IMG/VR virus record: IMGVR_UViG_3300037255_000025 | Span: 1 to 64,000 of that record | Source: a virus | Taxonomy: Duplodnaviria; Caudoviricetes | Strand: one strand, 5' to 3' | DNA length: 64,000 bases | Part shown: positions 63,215-64,000 of the stretch, in pieces | How positions within the stretch are numbered: the stretch's first letter is position 1 | Layout of the letters: each line of letters begins with the position of its first letter | Position numbers and translations under genes: made by a program | The notes under the pieces: generated by a model | Database searches by the model: none | Told to the model about the DNA's origin: nothing | Seen by the model: only the letters and a program-made list of their open reading frames with translations

Positions 63215-63555
63215 GGCCCTCGGTCGTCGCGTGGGTCGCGGGACTGGTCGCGGGGCTCCTGCTCCGGTCGGCCGGGTCGGCCCACGGCCTGCTCTCCGCG
63301 CTCGTCGTGGTCGCGACCAGCGCAGCCGCCGCGGGCTACGCCTGGCGCTTGGCTCGTCCGAAGCCCCCGGCGGGCCTCCCGGCCAACCGTCGGGTCGCGC
63401 CGCCACAGTACCCAGCGCTCGACGGCGACTGGGCCGCCCGGTCCCGCTACCTCGCGCAGCAGGTCCGGGCCTATGCGGACAGCGCGACCCGGACCGAGCG
63501 AGACGCCGCGGATCTGCTGCTTGAGCGCGTCAACCAAGAGGAGACCAGCCGATGA
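63211..63555 (+). CDS. Two-TM membrane protein
   Basis: Hydrophobic N-terminal half; GTGA coupling. Confidence 0.5.
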   Translation: MRPSVVAWVAGLVAGLLLRSAGSAHGLLSALVVVATSAAAAGYAWRLARPKPPAGLPANRRVAPPQYPALDGDWAARSRYLAQQVRAYADSATRTERDAADLLLERVNQEETSR

Positions 63556-63848
63556 CCTCGCCTGCTACCACCAACACCATCTTGATCGTCGGGAACACGT
63601 ACCCCGTGAAGGACGCCCTCCGTGAGCTGGGCGGCCGGTGGGACGCGGCCCAGAAGGGCTGGCGGGTGCCCGCGGACGTCGCGGACAAGGCCCGCGCGCT
63701 CGTAGCGTCCGCGGCAACCACCCCCTCCCGCCCGACCTCGAGCCCTACGGCAGCCAGAACGCGCCGTCCGTGGCGTCCGTGCGGGTACCCCGGGTGCAAC
63801 CCCAGGTACTGCGACGAGTGCGACGGCGAGGGGTACACAGGCCGATGA
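63552..63848 (+). CDS. DUF5710-like protein with Zn ribbon
   Basis: GNTYPVKDALRELGGRWD...KGW; CGYPGC...CDECDG. Confidence 0.6.
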   Translation: MTSPATTNTILIVGNTYPVKDALRELGGRWDAAQKGWRVPADVADKARALVASAATTPSRPTSSPTAARTRRPWRPCGYPGCNPRYCDECDGEGYTGR

Positions 63849-64000
63849 CCACCACCGTCCAAGACCGCGTCCGGGGCTGCCTGATGGGCCAGTTCGCCGG
63901 GGACTCGCTGGGCTCGCTCGTCGAGTTCCGGACCGCCCGAGACATCGCCCGACAGTACCCTGCGGGCGTCCGCGAACTGGCCGACGGCGGCACGTTCAAC
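63845..64000 (+). CDS. ADP-ribosylglycohydrolase (ARH/DraG family), N-terminus (runs off right edge)
   Basis: DRVRGCLMGQFAGDSLGSLVEF...LADGGTFN. Confidence 0.85.
   Translation, partial: MTTTVQDRVRGCLMGQFAGDSLGSLVEFRTARDIARQYPAGVRELADGGTFN

Noticed and set aside
1-64000. CRISPR array, tRNA/rRNA genes, diversity-generating retroelement, introns/inteins
   Set aside because: No regular repeat-spacer units, cloverleaf signatures, reverse transcriptase or splicing motifs recognised by eye; tRNAscan/Infernal were not run.

Overview
High-GC contractile-tailed (myovirus-type) phage or prophage; a Myxococcota-like host is my inference, not shown by the sequence. The window holds most of the virion module: scaffold/XkdF-like protein, XkdG/HK97-like capsid, head-tail connectors, sheath, tube, chaperone, tape measure, baseplate and fibre proteins. 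No terminase or portal was recognised. The module is broken up by many short accessory cassettes, mostly antisense. These carry NDK, AlkB, an Rnl5-type RNA ligase, a DEDDh exonuclease, a RusA-like resolvase, an ADP-ribosylglycohydrolase, an SLT-like lysin, HNH/GIY-YIG endonucleases and IS200/IS605-TnpB elements. The strongest unexplained structure is two interleaved promoter-like systems. (1) About 19 copies of an ECF-sigma-like motif, (G/A)AA(C/G)-N15-TAAGG with a G-run before TAAG, head the accessory cassettes. (2) Sigma70-like TAGGCT-type -10 boxes sit 6-8 nt before the start codon of most structural genes, implying leaderless mRNAs. Other highlights: IS junctions that can be reconstructed precisely, an IS left end that copies its own target/guide, an in-frame mini-insertion of that end, a decayed GIY-YIG gene that captured the start of the spike gene, an inverted baseplate J gene, a pro-domain-less S53 protease inside the baseplate module, and nested domain-in-domain insertions in virion proteins. 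All calls come from manual reading; no database search was run.
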